From an uncultured delta proteobacterium (GTDB lineage Bacteria; Desulfobacterota; Desulfomonilia; UBA1062), in assembly GCA_963752595.1 (NCBI GenBank), contig CAVVYZ010000002.1, positions 308,745 through 372,744 on the forward strand: a DNA stretch of 64,000 nucleotides. Direction: 5' to 3'. Numbering within the stretch: position 1 is the first letter of the stretch; each line of letters opens with the position of its first letter. Below, in pieces: positions 30,201-41,640 of this stretch. The notes beneath the pieces were generated by a model that saw only the letters and a program-made list of their open reading frames with translations, was not told the DNA's origin and searched no databases. The position numbers were made by a program, and so were the translations under genes.

Positions 30201-31959
30201 TTATATTTCCTGCGGGTGCTTTCGAGAGATTGCCTGTTCTATGGGGTCAAGCGGCAGCCTCGGCAGGAAGAAAGAAAATGATGAGCCTTTGCCCGCGGTG
30301 CTCTGTGCTGTGATGACGCCATGATGGTCCTTGATGATCCCATGTACGACACGACAGCCAGCCCAAGACCCGAGCCTTCTCTGAATTTCCTGGTGGTAAA
30401 GAAGGGATCAAAGATGCGGCCGAGGATCTTTTCTTCGATACCTTTGCCGGTGTCGCTTACAATGATCCGGATATAGGGGCCATGGACAAGGTCGGGTGAT
30501 ATTTTCAAAGTGTCATTCTGATCAAGCTCGACGCACGAGAGGTGCACTTCCAGGAAGCCTCCCTTTTCCTTCATGGCATAGGCCGCATTATTGCCGGGAT
30601 TGATCAATACCTGTTTGATCTGGACAGGATCCGCAAGGATTGTTGCAGAATCATCGTCGATAAGGTAATTGATTTCGATGTTCGAGGGGATGGAAGACCT
30701 GAGAAAGGCCATCGTTTCCCTGATGATGGCGGATATTGAAGCAGGGTTCTTCTCATGAGTAATCCCTCCTGCCATGGTCCATAAAGCCTCCATCTTCTGT
30801 ATCCGGCAGATATGGTTCTGAAGTTTCTGCTCACGGGTAGTATCCCGTACGACCGATACATAATTGGTCACTTCACCGTTTGCATTGCAAACCTGAGAAG
30901 AGCTCAAGAGGACATCCAGGATTTTTTTGTTTTTCTGCCTTCTCTTCGTACAGCCCTTCCATGATCGTTTCTGGGGGGAGATGATATCGGTAATCAGCTC
31001 GCAGAGCATGCCCTCGTCATACCTGTCAAAGAGTATATCCACCTTTTTCCCTATCAGCTCATGCCTTTTACATCCGCTCAATTCCTCATACGCCGGGTTG
31101 ACGTATTCAATAATCCCGGAGGGACTGAACAATATGATGCCTTCTCCTGCCTGATCTATAACAGAGGCTAACTGCAGGAGGTTGCGCTCCAACTTTTTCC
31201 TCGCGCTTATGTCTACTCCTATCCCGATATAGGAGCCGTCAGAGAGACGGACGTTTGCCCAGGAGGTTGATACAGAATCCCCCGATCGGTTTGTGGCTTC
31301 AAAATCCCGCCATCCGGGTTCTGCTCCCGCCATATACGAATTGGTCTCCTGGCATTTCGAAGGTTCAGGGAAGCATACGGACAAGATATCCCTGTCTTTG
31401 AATTCCTCCAGGCTCCACCCGATGACCCTTTCGAATTCCTTGTTGACCAGCTTGGCCGCACCTGTCGAATCAAATAAGCAGAGCATGACAGGGATAATGT
31501 CGATGATCTTCTGCAGCAGCTCCTTCTTATCTTCGAGCATTTTCGTTGTTCTGCGCAGATCTTCTGTAGGGATGATATCCGGCAATGACTTGAACATCTC
31601 GGGGGGCACACTTTGGAGAACCAGCGCAAAACCCTCTCCGCAAGGCATGCATCTGCATGAAAATGTGATTTCTGCCGGTGCAGGGTATTGTGCCTTGAAG
31701 GTGACGGCTGTGTTCTCCCTCGATGCATGATCGAGCTCTTTTGAGAACAGGGACACAAGAGAGTCCGGGATCATTTCCCTAATGACCCGGCCTGTCACTT
31801 CTCCCCTGGGCTTGGCCAGGAGCTTTTCACCTGCAGGGTTTACATAGGTGACCAGGTATGAAGGGCTGAGGTGTATGATGACTGAATCAAGATTATCGAG
31901 CAGTTCTATCGCTTCGAATGCATGGTATGTTCTGCACTGTTCTGTTTACACATACTCAT
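30201..31959 (-). pseudogene. Multi-PAS histidine kinase with deleted DHp domain and frameshifts
   Basis: PAS repeats; QKMEAL..AGGITH joined directly to EKNPASIS; HATPase boxes DTGKG, FDPFFTT, GSGLGL. Confidence 0.7.
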
Positions 31960-32255
31960 TGTCCGTAGTTCCTGCCTTTAAAGGATATTGAGTTTCTTGG
32001 GGAAACTCCTGAAAAACGGAGCGAGTTCCAGAGATGTGCGTAAACTCGGTTTCCTTTATACAGGAATACGTGAAAAAGCCAAAGTGGTAAATGAAAGAAG
32101 CAAAGTCTTTACAGGATATTGATCCGGATCGATCTGGGTATAGAAAGTACTTGTAAGACTTGTCCCGGCCGTAATCCGGGCAAGGCATTTAAGAGATTGT
32201 GGTGATTTTCATGTGAATTGAATATGATGATCTTGAGGAGCAAAGGAGGAAGCGA

Positions 32256-33956
32256 ATGAGAGATCACTCCAGGATCGTGGTAGTAGGGGGCTCTGCCGCC
32301 GGCCCCAAGGCAGCAGCAAAGGCAAGGAGAATAAACAGCGGGGCAGAGATCGTCATCCTTCAGAAAGACCCGGATCTGTCCATGGCATCCTGCGGCTATC
32401 CATACTATGTGGCCGGCGTCTTTGATGACAGGAATATGCTCGTGAGCACCGGTAACGGGGTTACCCGGGACCCTGTGTATTACCATGGAGCAAAGGCAAT
32501 CGATGCGAGGACGAACACCGAGGTGACCGACATCTCCACGGTCGAGCATGTCGTGTTCTCCCGGAATCTCCTGACCGGAGAAACCGATGCCATGGACTAT
32601 GACAAGCTCATCATTGCAACCGGTTCTCTTCCTATAATGCCGCCCGTCCCGGGAACGGATCTCAAAGGGATTTCAACGTTGCAGTCCATGAAAGATGCCG
32701 ATTTTCTCCGCGGGGTACGGGACGAGCGGAAGGTGAAGAAGGCTGTCGTCGTGGGCGGCGGGCTCATAGGGATAGAGACCTGCGAAGCCCTCCGGATTGC
32801 AGGAATCGAGGTCACCGTTATTGAGCTCGCTCCCCAGCTGGTCACCTTCCTCGACTGGGAGCTCGCAAAGCTCGTGGAAAACCATGTGCGGAGCAAGTCG
32901 GTGAATGTGCTCACCGGTAGCCCTGTCGCCGCTTTCCTTGGGCAGAACGGCATATTGAACGGGGTCAAGCTCGAGAACGGCACCGAAGTACCGTGCGATA
33001 TCGCGGTGGTTGCCGTGGGAGTCCAGCCCAACGTGGAGCTTGCACGGCGGGCAGGCTTAACGATCGGCATCACCGGCGGGATCGAGGTCAACGAATACAT
33101 GCAGACCTCCGACCCGGATATCTATGCTGCAGGAGACTGCATCGAGACCGTAAACCTGATCACAGGCAAAGAGGTGTTCGCTCCCTACGGCGACCTCGCA
33201 AACCTCCAGGGAAGGGTGGCAGGAGAGAACGCGGCTTCCGGAAACAGGGCAGTCTTCAGGGGCACGATCCAGACCGGCATCTGCAAGGTATTCGATTTCT
33301 CGGCCGGTTCAACCGGGCTCTCGCAAAGATCTGCGGGAAAGAACGGCTTCACCGATATCATCTCCGTCATTACCGCAGGCCCGGACAAGCCGGGGTATAT
33401 GAGCGGCAAGCTCCTGGTAACGAAGCTGGTTGCTGACAGGACCACCGGCAAGATACTCGGCGCCCAGTGTATAGGTCCGGGAAATGTCAGCAAGCAGGTT
33501 GCCCAGTGGGCAATGGCCATCCAGGGCGGATTATGCGTCGAAGACCTTATCAACGCAGATCTCCCCTATGCCCCGCCATTCTCTCCGGCGATCGATCACT
33601 TCATCACCACGGCGCATGTCATGCAGAACAAGATGGAAAATCGGTTCAAGGGCATATCATCCCTTGCAGTCAAGGAAAAGCTGGATAAAGGCGAGAAGCT
33701 CTTTCTCCTGGATGCGAGGGGATCGGATGAGTTCGAGTCCACCCGTCTCGGCATCGGCGAAACTCTCATGCCTCTTCACGATTTGAGGAAAAGGTCCGGA
33801 GAGTTGCCGGAAGACAGAAATGCGGAAATCATCTGCTACTGTACGGTTTCGCTGCGAGGGTATGAGGCTGCTCTTGCCCTTGAGGCATTGGGCTGGAGAA
33901 ATGTTAAGGTCATGGAAGGAGGCATAGCCGCCTGGCCGTTTTCAAAGGAGAAATAG
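32256..33956 (+). CDS. CoA-disulfide/persulfide reductase with C-terminal rhodanese domain
   Basis: GGSAAG, SMASCGYPYY, GGGLIG.E, AAGDC, YAPPFS; rhodanese YCTVSLRGY..GGI.AW. Confidence 0.9.
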   Translation: MRDHSRIVVVGGSAAGPKAAAKARRINSGAEIVILQKDPDLSMASCGYPYYVAGVFDDRNMLVSTGNGVTRDPVYYHGAKAIDARTNTEVTDISTVEHVVFSRNLLTGETDAMDYDKLIIATGSLPIMPPVPGTDLKGISTLQSMKDADFLRGVRDERKVKKAVVVGGGLIGIETCEALRIAGIEVTVIELAPQLVTFLDWELAKLVENHVRSKSVNVLTGSPVAAFLGQNGILNGVKLENGTEVPCDIAVVAVGVQPNVELARRAGLTIGITGGIEVNEYMQTSDPDIYAAGDCIETVNLITGKEVFAPYGDLANLQGRVAGENAASGNRAVFRGTIQTGICKVFDFSAGSTGLSQRSAGKNGFTDIISVITAGPDKPGYMSGKLLVTKLVADRTTGKILGAQCIGPGNVSKQVAQWAMAIQGGLCVEDLINADLPYAPPFSPAIDHFITTAHVMQNKMENRFKGISSLAVKEKLDKGEKLFLLDARGSDEFESTRLGIGETLMPLHDLRKRSGELPEDRNAEIICYCTVSLRGYEAALALEALGWRNVKVMEGGIAAWPFSKEK

Positions 33957-33996
33957 GAGCTTCCGCCTCGATGGGACCCAAGGCTTCGGTCAGGAC

Positions 33997-35358
33997 TTAT
34001 GCAATCCCTTCCGTCCCTTGAGCGACCCTCTTGAAGGCCTTGCCTTGGACAAAACAATAGGGGCATTCATCAGGGGGGGTATCACCGAGGTGGATGTATC
34101 CGCATATAGGGCACCGCCAGGCCACCTGAGACCCTAGGGCCTCGCTGAAATCACCGCTCCTGTCTTCCCACGCCATAACCGGCACCTCATTCAGCGGGGG
34201 CATGACCGGCCTGTATGCGCTGAAGAGCTGTCCTGCAAGGATAAGGTGCTGGATCTCAGAGGTGCCTTCATAGATCCGAGCAGCCGATATCCCGGAATAA
34301 CTTTTCTATGGGATACATCTTCGTATATCCGTACCCGGCAAAGATCTGGAGCGCATCGCTGACCACCTCGAACGCAGCCTCGGTTGCATAGAGCTTTGCA
34401 ATGGAGGAAGAAACATTGTCTCGGATGCCTTTATCGACTTCGTACGCAGCCTTCCAGGTCAGAAGCCGGGCAGTCTCGATCTTCATATACATGTCAGCGA
34501 GCTTGAACTGGATGGCCTGGTAATTTGCGAGCGGAGAGCCGAAGGTCCGCCGCCTTTTGGTATAGTCGATCGCAAACTCCATGGCCGACCGGGCTGCGCC
34601 GACTCCGAATGACCCGATGGTAGGACGTGTCCTGTCAAAGGTCTTCATGGCGAGGAGAAAACCCTCTCCGGGTTCTGCAAGGATATTTTCCTTCGGCACC
34701 CTCACGTCTGTAAAATTGCACGCCAGCAGTGTTCGAACACCTCTGGCCCAGCTTTGGGATGTGTTTCCCGGCTGGAGACGCCGTCCCAGTCCATGTCCAC
34801 GACGAAGGCGCAGATCCCCTGATGGGCGAATTTCGGGTCTATTGTGGCGAAGACGCTCATGTAATCGGCAATCCCGCCGTTCGTTATCCAGTATTTCGTG
34901 CCGTTCAGGATATAGTCGTCACCGTCTTTTTTCGCATAGGCACCTCATCCCTGCGACATCAGACCCCATCGTGGGCTCGGAGGTGCCGAAGCAGATGAGC
35001 TTGAACTCCCTGGCAATCTTGCTCAAATATCCTTTCTTGATATGTTCTTTGTCCGAGAGCAGGATCGGCGCCATCCCAAGGGAATTATCAAATATCGATG
35101 TGGCGAGCCCTGGGCATCCGGCAGCGATCTCCTCCACCCGATGGTTCCTTCGACCATGCCGCAGCCCCTGCCCGCCGTACTCTTCAAGGGGATATCCCCG
35201 TTCATGAGGCCTTCATCAAAGGCCTTGCGGAGTACGGTAAGGGGAGTTTCATCCAGCTCATCATAGTACCAGGCTACCGGCAGGATCTCTTTTATGGTGA
35301 ATTCGCGGGCTCTGTCCCGTATGGCGAGCTGCTCGGGACTCAACGTGAAATCCAGCAT
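33997..35358 (-). CDS. Acyl-CoA dehydrogenase with C-terminal rubredoxin-like domain (several frameshifts)
   Basis: MLDFTLSPEQ, TSEP..GSD, LNGTKYWITNG, QAIQFKLADM, IYEGTSEIQ continuing into WRCPICGY..CPYC. Confidence 0.82.
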
Positions 35359-35680
35359 ACCTCTCTCCTTTTAGCTCCTGTATGTACGGCATTCAAGCAG
35401 CATGCCGGTGCCGTTTTAAGGAACACATTCTTCCATTTTATGTTGAAAGGATAAGATGAAGGGTAAGCGTGGGCATTACAGACTCAAGGGCTTGCAGTCG
35501 GAGGAAAGGAATGCCTCGAATAGCTGTTGCTTGTTACATGAATATCACCCGGTAATCAAAGCCCTCTGGCCTCGGAGAAGAGCAAAGGCCAGGACCTTGC
35601 ATTCACGGCAGATGGGATTATATTGTTAACTACCTGATTAACTGAACGTTCAATACATTGTCAAAGAGGAGAAATGAGGT

Positions 35681-37345
35681 ATGACGACAAAACCATGGCA
35701 TCAGCATTACGACTACTGCGTACCCACATCCATCCGTTATCCCAGGCTCCCTGCCCAGGATCTTTACCTGCTCTCCGCCGGCACGTTCCCGGATAAGCCC
35801 GCCCTGAACTTCTACGGCACCGAGACGACCTTCTGGGAGCTGCGGACCCAGGTGCGGCGCATGACCAATGCCCTGGCCGCAGCAGGTGTGAGCAAGGGCG
35901 ACAGGGTAGGGATTCATCTTCCCAACTGTCCGCAATTCGTCATTGCGTACATCGCAACGCTTTCGCTTGGTGCGGTCGTGGTGAACATGAACCCCATGTA
36001 CACTGCGGACGAGCTCAAGTTCATCATGCAGGATACCGGGATGAGCACGCTGATAACCTTTGATATGGTCCTGCCGAACGTCCGACCTGCACTGGCGGAC
36101 ACTGAGGTAAAGAGGGTCGTGGTTACCAGGGTGACGGATTACATCAAAGGGTTCGGGGTGAGCACGGCAAAGGATCTCGAACTCAACGAGGGGTGGTATC
36201 ATTTCTCGCAGCTTATCGAGAATGCATCATCCGACCGTGTTCCGAAGGTCGAGGTAATGTATAACGATCCGGCGCTTATCCAGTTTACCGGAGGCACGAC
36301 GGGCGTACCCAAAGGTGCGGTGCTGACTCACGCGAACATCATTACCGCCACTTTTCAGGCATCGCTCTGGGGCACACCTACCACAGGCAACGTCTCCCCC
36401 GAGAAGCGGGTTACGCTGTGCCTCATTCCGTTCTTCCATGTTTATGGAAACATCGTTGCCATGAACTGGTCGCTCTTCAACAGCTCGACCCAGATCTTAG
36501 TGCCTCGTTTCGATGTGAACGAGCTTATGGGGATCATCGGCAATTTCGAGAAGATCACCTTCTTCCCTGCGGTGCCGACCATCATCACGGCACTCGTCAA
36601 CCACCCCAAGGCACGCGAGCTGAACCTCGACAAGAGACTCGGCCTCCTCAATTCCGGAGCAGCCCCCATGGCTGTGGAGCTTATCGACCAGGTCAAGGAT
36701 ATGGGGATCTTCTTCAGCGAGGGGTACGGCTTGAGCGAATCCACGTCTCTGGGAATATCAAACCCGATTCTGGGTCTCAAGAAAGCAGGCAGCATCGGCA
36801 TTCCTTTCCCGGATATGGACGTTAAACTGGTGGATCTCGACGAAGGAAAAGTTGAGGTGAAGCAAGGTGAGCCGGGCGAGCTCATCATGAAGGGTCCGCT
36901 CATCATGCAGGGATACTGGAACAAACCCGAGGAGACAAAGGGGCAGCTGCGGGACGGCTGGCTCTATACGGGAGACATCGCCCAGGCTGATGAGGACGGC
37001 TACCTTTTTATCGTCGACCGCAAGAAGGATATGATCATCGCAGGCGGCTTCAACATTTATCCGCGCGATATCGACGAGGTGCTCTACCAGCATCCGAAGG
37101 TCCTGGAGGCCTGCTCGGTCGGTGTTCCCGATGAGTACCGCGGGGAGACGGTCAAGTCCTTCGTGGTCCTTAACCCCGGCCAGACCGTGAGCGACAAAGA
37201 GCTCATCGACTTCTGCAAGACCAAGCTGGCTCCCTACAAGGTTCCGAAAATCATCGAGTTCCGGGATGCCCTTCCCAAGTCCGCAGTGGGCAAAATCCTC
37301 CGAAAGATTCTGCGCGAGGAGGAACTGGCCAAAAGGAAGAAGTAA
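35681..37345 (+). CDS. Long-chain fatty acid-CoA ligase
   Basis: FTGGTTGVPKG, EGYGLSE, TGD, DRKKD, VGKILR. Confidence 0.93.
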   Translation: MTTKPWHQHYDYCVPTSIRYPRLPAQDLYLLSAGTFPDKPALNFYGTETTFWELRTQVRRMTNALAAAGVSKGDRVGIHLPNCPQFVIAYIATLSLGAVVVNMNPMYTADELKFIMQDTGMSTLITFDMVLPNVRPALADTEVKRVVVTRVTDYIKGFGVSTAKDLELNEGWYHFSQLIENASSDRVPKVEVMYNDPALIQFTGGTTGVPKGAVLTHANIITATFQASLWGTPTTGNVSPEKRVTLCLIPFFHVYGNIVAMNWSLFNSSTQILVPRFDVNELMGIIGNFEKITFFPAVPTIITALVNHPKARELNLDKRLGLLNSGAAPMAVELIDQVKDMGIFFSEGYGLSESTSLGISNPILGLKKAGSIGIPFPDMDVKLVDLDEGKVEVKQGEPGELIMKGPLIMQGYWNKPEETKGQLRDGWLYTGDIAQADEDGYLFIVDRKKDMIIAGGFNIYPRDIDEVLYQHPKVLEACSVGVPDEYRGETVKSFVVLNPGQTVSDKELIDFCKTKLAPYKVPKIIEFRDALPKSAVGKILRKILREEELAKRKK

Positions 37346-37397
37346 TCGAAGCGATGAAGGATGGGCGGGAAGGGCTTCACCAGGATATCTGGTAAGG

Positions 37398-39302
37398 TTA
37401 TGTATTGAACTTGGCTGAGAGCTCTTCCAGCTCTTCCCATCGCTGATATGCCTCGTCGAGCTGCTTTTCAAGCGCCTCCAGCCTCTCGTTGGCAGAGATG
37501 ATCGTATGCACGTCACTGCTTTTCTGGAACTCAGGCGCATTCAGGGTTGCGATCAGGTTATTCTTGTCCTGCTCCAGGGCCTCTATGGTTTGGGGAAGGA
37601 TCTCCAGTTCGCGTTCTTCTTTATACGAGAGCTTGCTCTTTTCCCTGGCGGGCTTCACGGATTTGATCTTATCAACCTGATTTTTCCGTGTTGCCGGTTC
37701 GATCTGTGCCGGTCTCTGCCTGAGCCAGTCGTCATACCCGCCGACATACTCCGCCAGGCTGCCCACGCCCTCAAAGACAATCGTGGAAGTGACCACGTTA
37801 TTGAGGAATGCCCGGTCATGACTCACCATAAGGACCGTACCGCTGTACTGCACGAGCCTGTCTTCAAGCAGTTCCAGCGTTTCGGCGTCCAGGTCGTTGG
37901 TCGGTTCGTCCAGCACAAGCACATTCGACGGCATGCTGAAAAGCCTGGCCAGGAGCAGCCGGTTGCGCTCCCCTCCCGATAAGCTCTTCACCGGTGACAT
38001 GATCTGCTCGCGAGAGAAGAGGAAATCCTGGAGGAAGCCTATGATGTGCCGGGGGGAGCCGTTCACGAAGACCTGATCGTTGCAGCCTGCGACATTTTCC
38101 TTCACGGTCCTGTCTTCATCGAGCTGGGCCCTGAGCTGATCGAAATAGGCTATCCTGATGTTGGTGCCCAGGCGGATCTTCCCCTGAAAGGGCTGGAGAT
38201 CTCCCAGGAGGAGCTTTAAGAGCGTAGTCTTGCCCGATCCGTTCGGGCCGATGATGCCTACCTTGTCGCCCCGCATCACAGTGGTGGAAAATGACCTGAT
38301 GATATTTTTCTCCCCGTAGGAAAAGCTGATCTTCTCGGCACTGATCACGAGCCGGCCGCTTCTCTCCGCTTCCTGAAGAACGAGATTCACGTTACCGGCC
38401 TGGTTTCGCCTGAGGGCACGCTGCGTCCGCATCTCCATCAATGCGTTCACCCTGCCTTCATTCCTTGTGCGCCGGGCTTTGATACCCTGCCTGACCCAGA
38501 CCTCCTCTTTCGCAAGCTTTTTATCGAAATCCTGGCGCTGTTTCTCCTCAGCCTCCAGCATAGCTTGCCTCCTCTGGAGGTACGCCGGGTAACCGGAGGA
38601 AAAGGACAAGAGCCTGCCCCGGTCGATTTCGACAATGCGCGTTGAGAGCTTGCGCAAGAATTCCCGGTCGTGTGTTACAAACATGATCGTATGTTCATAT
38701 GAGAGCAGAAAATCCTCGAGCCAGAGGATCGAGCTGATATCGAGATGGTTGGTGGGCTCGTCCAGGAGCAGGATATCCGGCTCGTTCACCAGGGCCCGCG
38801 CGAGGAAAACCCTTCGCTTCATCCCGGCGGACAGGTTCTTGAAGAGGGCATTTTCATCCAGACCGGTCTTGGTGATCACTGTCTCGACCTGCTGGTGGAA
38901 ATTCCAGGCCCCGGATGATTCCAGCTTGTGCTGGATCCGGTCGAGTTTTCCGAGCAGTTTCTGGTCGTGTGCTTCAGCCACGCGTACTGTGAGATCGTGG
39001 TATTCTTTCAGCCTCTCCAGATGCTCAAGCCCGCCGGATGCAACGATCTCATAGACCGTTCCCGGCATTTCGTCCGGGACGTCCTGGGGGAGCAGGGCGA
39101 TCCTGATGTCCCCGTTCGGGATGATCCGGCCTGCATCCGGAGCCAAGTCTCCATGTATCGTCTTCAGGAGCGTGGACTTGCCGGAGCCGTTGCGGCCGAG
39201 CAGTCCGATCCTCTCTCCCGGCTCTATGCTGAGCACGGCGCCTTCGAAGAGCGCAGGACCGCCGAAGCTTACTGAAACGTCATTTATGATCAAAAGGCCC
39301 AT
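37398..39302 (-). CDS. uup: ABC-F family ATPase Uup
   Basis: Two ABC domains (GRNGSGKS, GPNGSGKT), WVRQGIKARRTRNEGRV linker, KLSYKE..WEELE tail. Confidence 0.92.
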   Translation of the reverse strand: MGLLIINDVSVSFGGPALFEGAVLSIEPGERIGLLGRNGSGKSTLLKTIHGDLAPDAGRIIPNGDIRIALLPQDVPDEMPGTVYEIVASGGLEHLERLKEYHDLTVRVAEAHDQKLLGKLDRIQHKLESSGAWNFHQQVETVITKTGLDENALFKNLSAGMKRRVFLARALVNEPDILLLDEPTNHLDISSILWLEDFLLSYEHTIMFVTHDREFLRKLSTRIVEIDRGRLLSFSSGYPAYLQRRQAMLEAEEKQRQDFDKKLAKEEVWVRQGIKARRTRNEGRVNALMEMRTQRALRRNQAGNVNLVLQEAERSGRLVISAEKISFSYGEKNIIRSFSTTVMRGDKVGIIGPNGSGKTTLLKLLLGDLQPFQGKIRLGTNIRIAYFDQLRAQLDEDRTVKENVAGCNDQVFVNGSPRHIIGFLQDFLFSREQIMSPVKSLSGGERNRLLLARLFSMPSNVLVLDEPTNDLDAETLELLEDRLVQYSGTVLMVSHDRAFLNNVVTSTIVFEGVGSLAEYVGGYDDWLRQRPAQIEPATRKNQVDKIKSVKPAREKSKLSYKEERELEILPQTIEALEQDKNNLIATLNAPEFQKSSDVHTIISANERLEALEKQLDEAYQRWEELEELSAKFNT

Positions 39303-39513
39303 ATTGTCACTCGTCCGTGAACTTCCCCATCTCCTTATGGAAGAATCATCAGATTGTCCATGACATTTATCAGGCAAACGATTTTGGGAAGCATATATGC
39401 ATCGATATTGCCGTAATAGGTGGACAGGCGATTCATAACTTGTTAAAATATTACCGATACCTTATGGAATGTCAGGGGTAAGCAGGCATCCTTGATACCC
39501 GCGAGGGGAGGGA

Positions 39514-40317
39514 ATGAGGGGCAAGAAGAAATCATCGGGCATCCTGGTCTTTCCGGTCATACTGATCCTGTCGCTTCTCCTCGCGAGCTGCGGCCCGAGG
39601 TGGAAGAACGTACAGCCGTACCAGAGCAAAGGAGTGCATCAACGCCAGGCAGCCACGACCATCCGGAAGATGGGGTATACCATCCAGGTTGGTGCATTTG
39701 CCAAGGTGAGCAATGCAGCCAGGCTTACAAAATCGCTGGAAGGACAAGGGCTCAATGCATTTTACTTTGCCCATAAATCAGGTCTCTACAAGGTGCGTTT
39801 CGGCAACTACGATACTTTGGCCAAGGCCCGGAAAGAGGTGGGCAGGCTTCAGGGGCTCGATATCATCGATGAGTACTACATCGTGAATCCGAGCGAATAC
39901 ACCATCTCACGGACCATTATGCTCGCGCAGGGAGGAAAGGCCCTGAGAAACGAGCTCGTCAAAACGGCACATACGTATATCGGGCTGCCGTACCAGTGGG
40001 GGGCGTGCACGATAAACGGCCCCAATGACTGCAGCGGGCTTGTCATGGCAGTGTACGAGCTCAACGGCCTGAACGTGCCGAGGACTTCCGAAGAGCAGTA
40101 CCAGTATGGCATTTCCATCGGTAAGGAAGAACTTAAGAAAGGCGACCTCGTCTTCTTTTCAACGAACGGCCCGGGCCATGTCAGTCATGTGGGCATCTAC
40201 ATCGGCGATGACAAATTCATCCATGCGCCGGGCACAGGCAAAACCATCTGCGAAGAAACACTTTCACGTGAATACTACAGCAGCCGCTTCTACGGTGCAT
40301 GCACGTACCTTCGGTGA
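39514..40317 (+). CDS. SPOR-domain NlpC/P60 lipoprotein peptidoglycan endopeptidase
   Basis: Lipobox LLASC, YTIQVGAF, DCSGL, HVGIY..FIHA. Confidence 0.9.
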   Translation: MRGKKKSSGILVFPVILILSLLLASCGPRWKNVQPYQSKGVHQRQAATTIRKMGYTIQVGAFAKVSNAARLTKSLEGQGLNAFYFAHKSGLYKVRFGNYDTLAKARKEVGRLQGLDIIDEYYIVNPSEYTISRTIMLAQGGKALRNELVKTAHTYIGLPYQWGACTINGPNDCSGLVMAVYELNGLNVPRTSEEQYQYGISIGKEELKKGDLVFFSTNGPGHVSHVGIYIGDDKFIHAPGTGKTICEETLSREYYSSRFYGACTYLR

Positions 40318-40440
40318 GCACGGCCAGTGAATAAAAAGCATAAGTCTTAAGGGGCAATGTCCGCGCCGGAAGCCACTCCTGACGGAATAGATCTTTTCCG
40401 TATATCCTGCGGTCATCCGTTCGCCGTGATACGTACCGGT

Positions 40441-41640
40441 TCATACATGCGAGGTTTTCAGTTCGATGAGGGAAAACCATTTCTTCGGATCAGTATACCA
40501 GTTTGATATGTGAAGTCCTGCCTGAGGGAACAGCCTCTCAATGCCTTCTCTGCTGTATTTCCTGCTGATCTCGGTATGGATCGTCTCCCCTTGACCCAGA
40601 TGGACCGGCATGCTGAGATCTGCTATGTATGCGCTCACACTCCTCCGGGCGCGGAGGTGCATCTCGATCTGTTCCCGATCAGCATTGAAAAAAGCCTTAT
40701 GATCGAAATCTTCCTCATGGAAGTCAGCACTGAGCTTGTGATTGATGTGGTGAATGATATTGAGATTGAATTCCGCAGTAACCCCGAATCGATCGTTGTA
40801 GGCTGCCTCTATGATTTCGACGGATTTAAGCATATCCATGCCGATGAGCAGGCGGTCTTCCCGTTCCATGCTTCGGGCAAGTTCCCTGAGGAATACAGCT
40901 CCTTCGTCATCCGGAAAATTTCCGATGGAGCTGCCGAAGAAGGTTATCAGCTTCCGGGTTCGAGGGATATGCCCCATGCTCCGGATAAAGTCACCGATGA
41001 TCCCGTAGATATTCAAGCCGTCAAAACTCGCAAGAAGGCTTCGAGCTGACCGGAGAAGGCCTATTTCGCTGATATCCATGGGTACATAACGTATCTTTTC
41101 CAGGCAGTTCGGCTGCACCACTTGCAGGAGTTTCCTGATCTTGAGGTCCGATCCGCTCCCTATCTCGATGAGGTCTCCGCCGTCTTGGGCAAAAAAATCC
41201 ATGATACGCGGTGCATATTCATCGAGGATGCTCAGCTCGGTACGGGTCGGATAATACTCGGGCAGGCAGCATATTTCATCGAAGAGCATTGAGCCTCGAG
41301 CATCGTAGAGGTATTTGCACGGAATGGATTTCCGGGAACCTGACAAGCCGTTTCCGACATCATGTTGCATTTCCGAGTGGAAATCATGATCATTGCAGTT
41401 CAGGAGGCTAAGCCTTTGCTCGGGAGGCGATGCTCTCCTTGGGGGCGAAACGGGCATGTCACTCGGCATGGTAAAGGGGCTTGTGCTGCATGCAAGGCAA
41501 GCTTCACCCTGCACACTGCTATACGCCTCGCTGCATTGAGGGCAGAGGCGGCAGCTCCGTAACCGATAGGTTTTATTGTCTTTCGCACCCAGTCTGGGGT
41601 TTGGTTTTTTCATACGACAGCCTTTCTTAGCAAGATTCAT
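40441..41640 (-). CDS. egtD: L-histidine N-alpha-methyltransferase
   Basis: KSIPCKYLYD..GS.LF..I..LPEYYPTRTE, EIGSG, GSSIGN, AYND..GVTAEFNLN, IHTEISRKY. Confidence 0.93.
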   Translation of the reverse strand: MNLAKKGCRMKKPNPRLGAKDNKTYRLRSCRLCPQCSEAYSSVQGEACLACSTSPFTMPSDMPVSPPRRASPPEQRLSLLNCNDHDFHSEMQHDVGNGLSGSRKSIPCKYLYDARGSMLFDEICCLPEYYPTRTELSILDEYAPRIMDFFAQDGGDLIEIGSGSDLKIRKLLQVVQPNCLEKIRYVPMDISEIGLLRSARSLLASFDGLNIYGIIGDFIRSMGHIPRTRKLITFFGSSIGNFPDDEGAVFLRELARSMEREDRLLIGMDMLKSVEIIEAAYNDRFGVTAEFNLNIIHHINHKLSADFHEEDFDHKAFFNADREQIEMHLRARRSVSAYIADLSMPVHLGQGETIHTEISRKYSREGIERLFPQAGLHISNWYTDPKKWFSLIELKTSHV

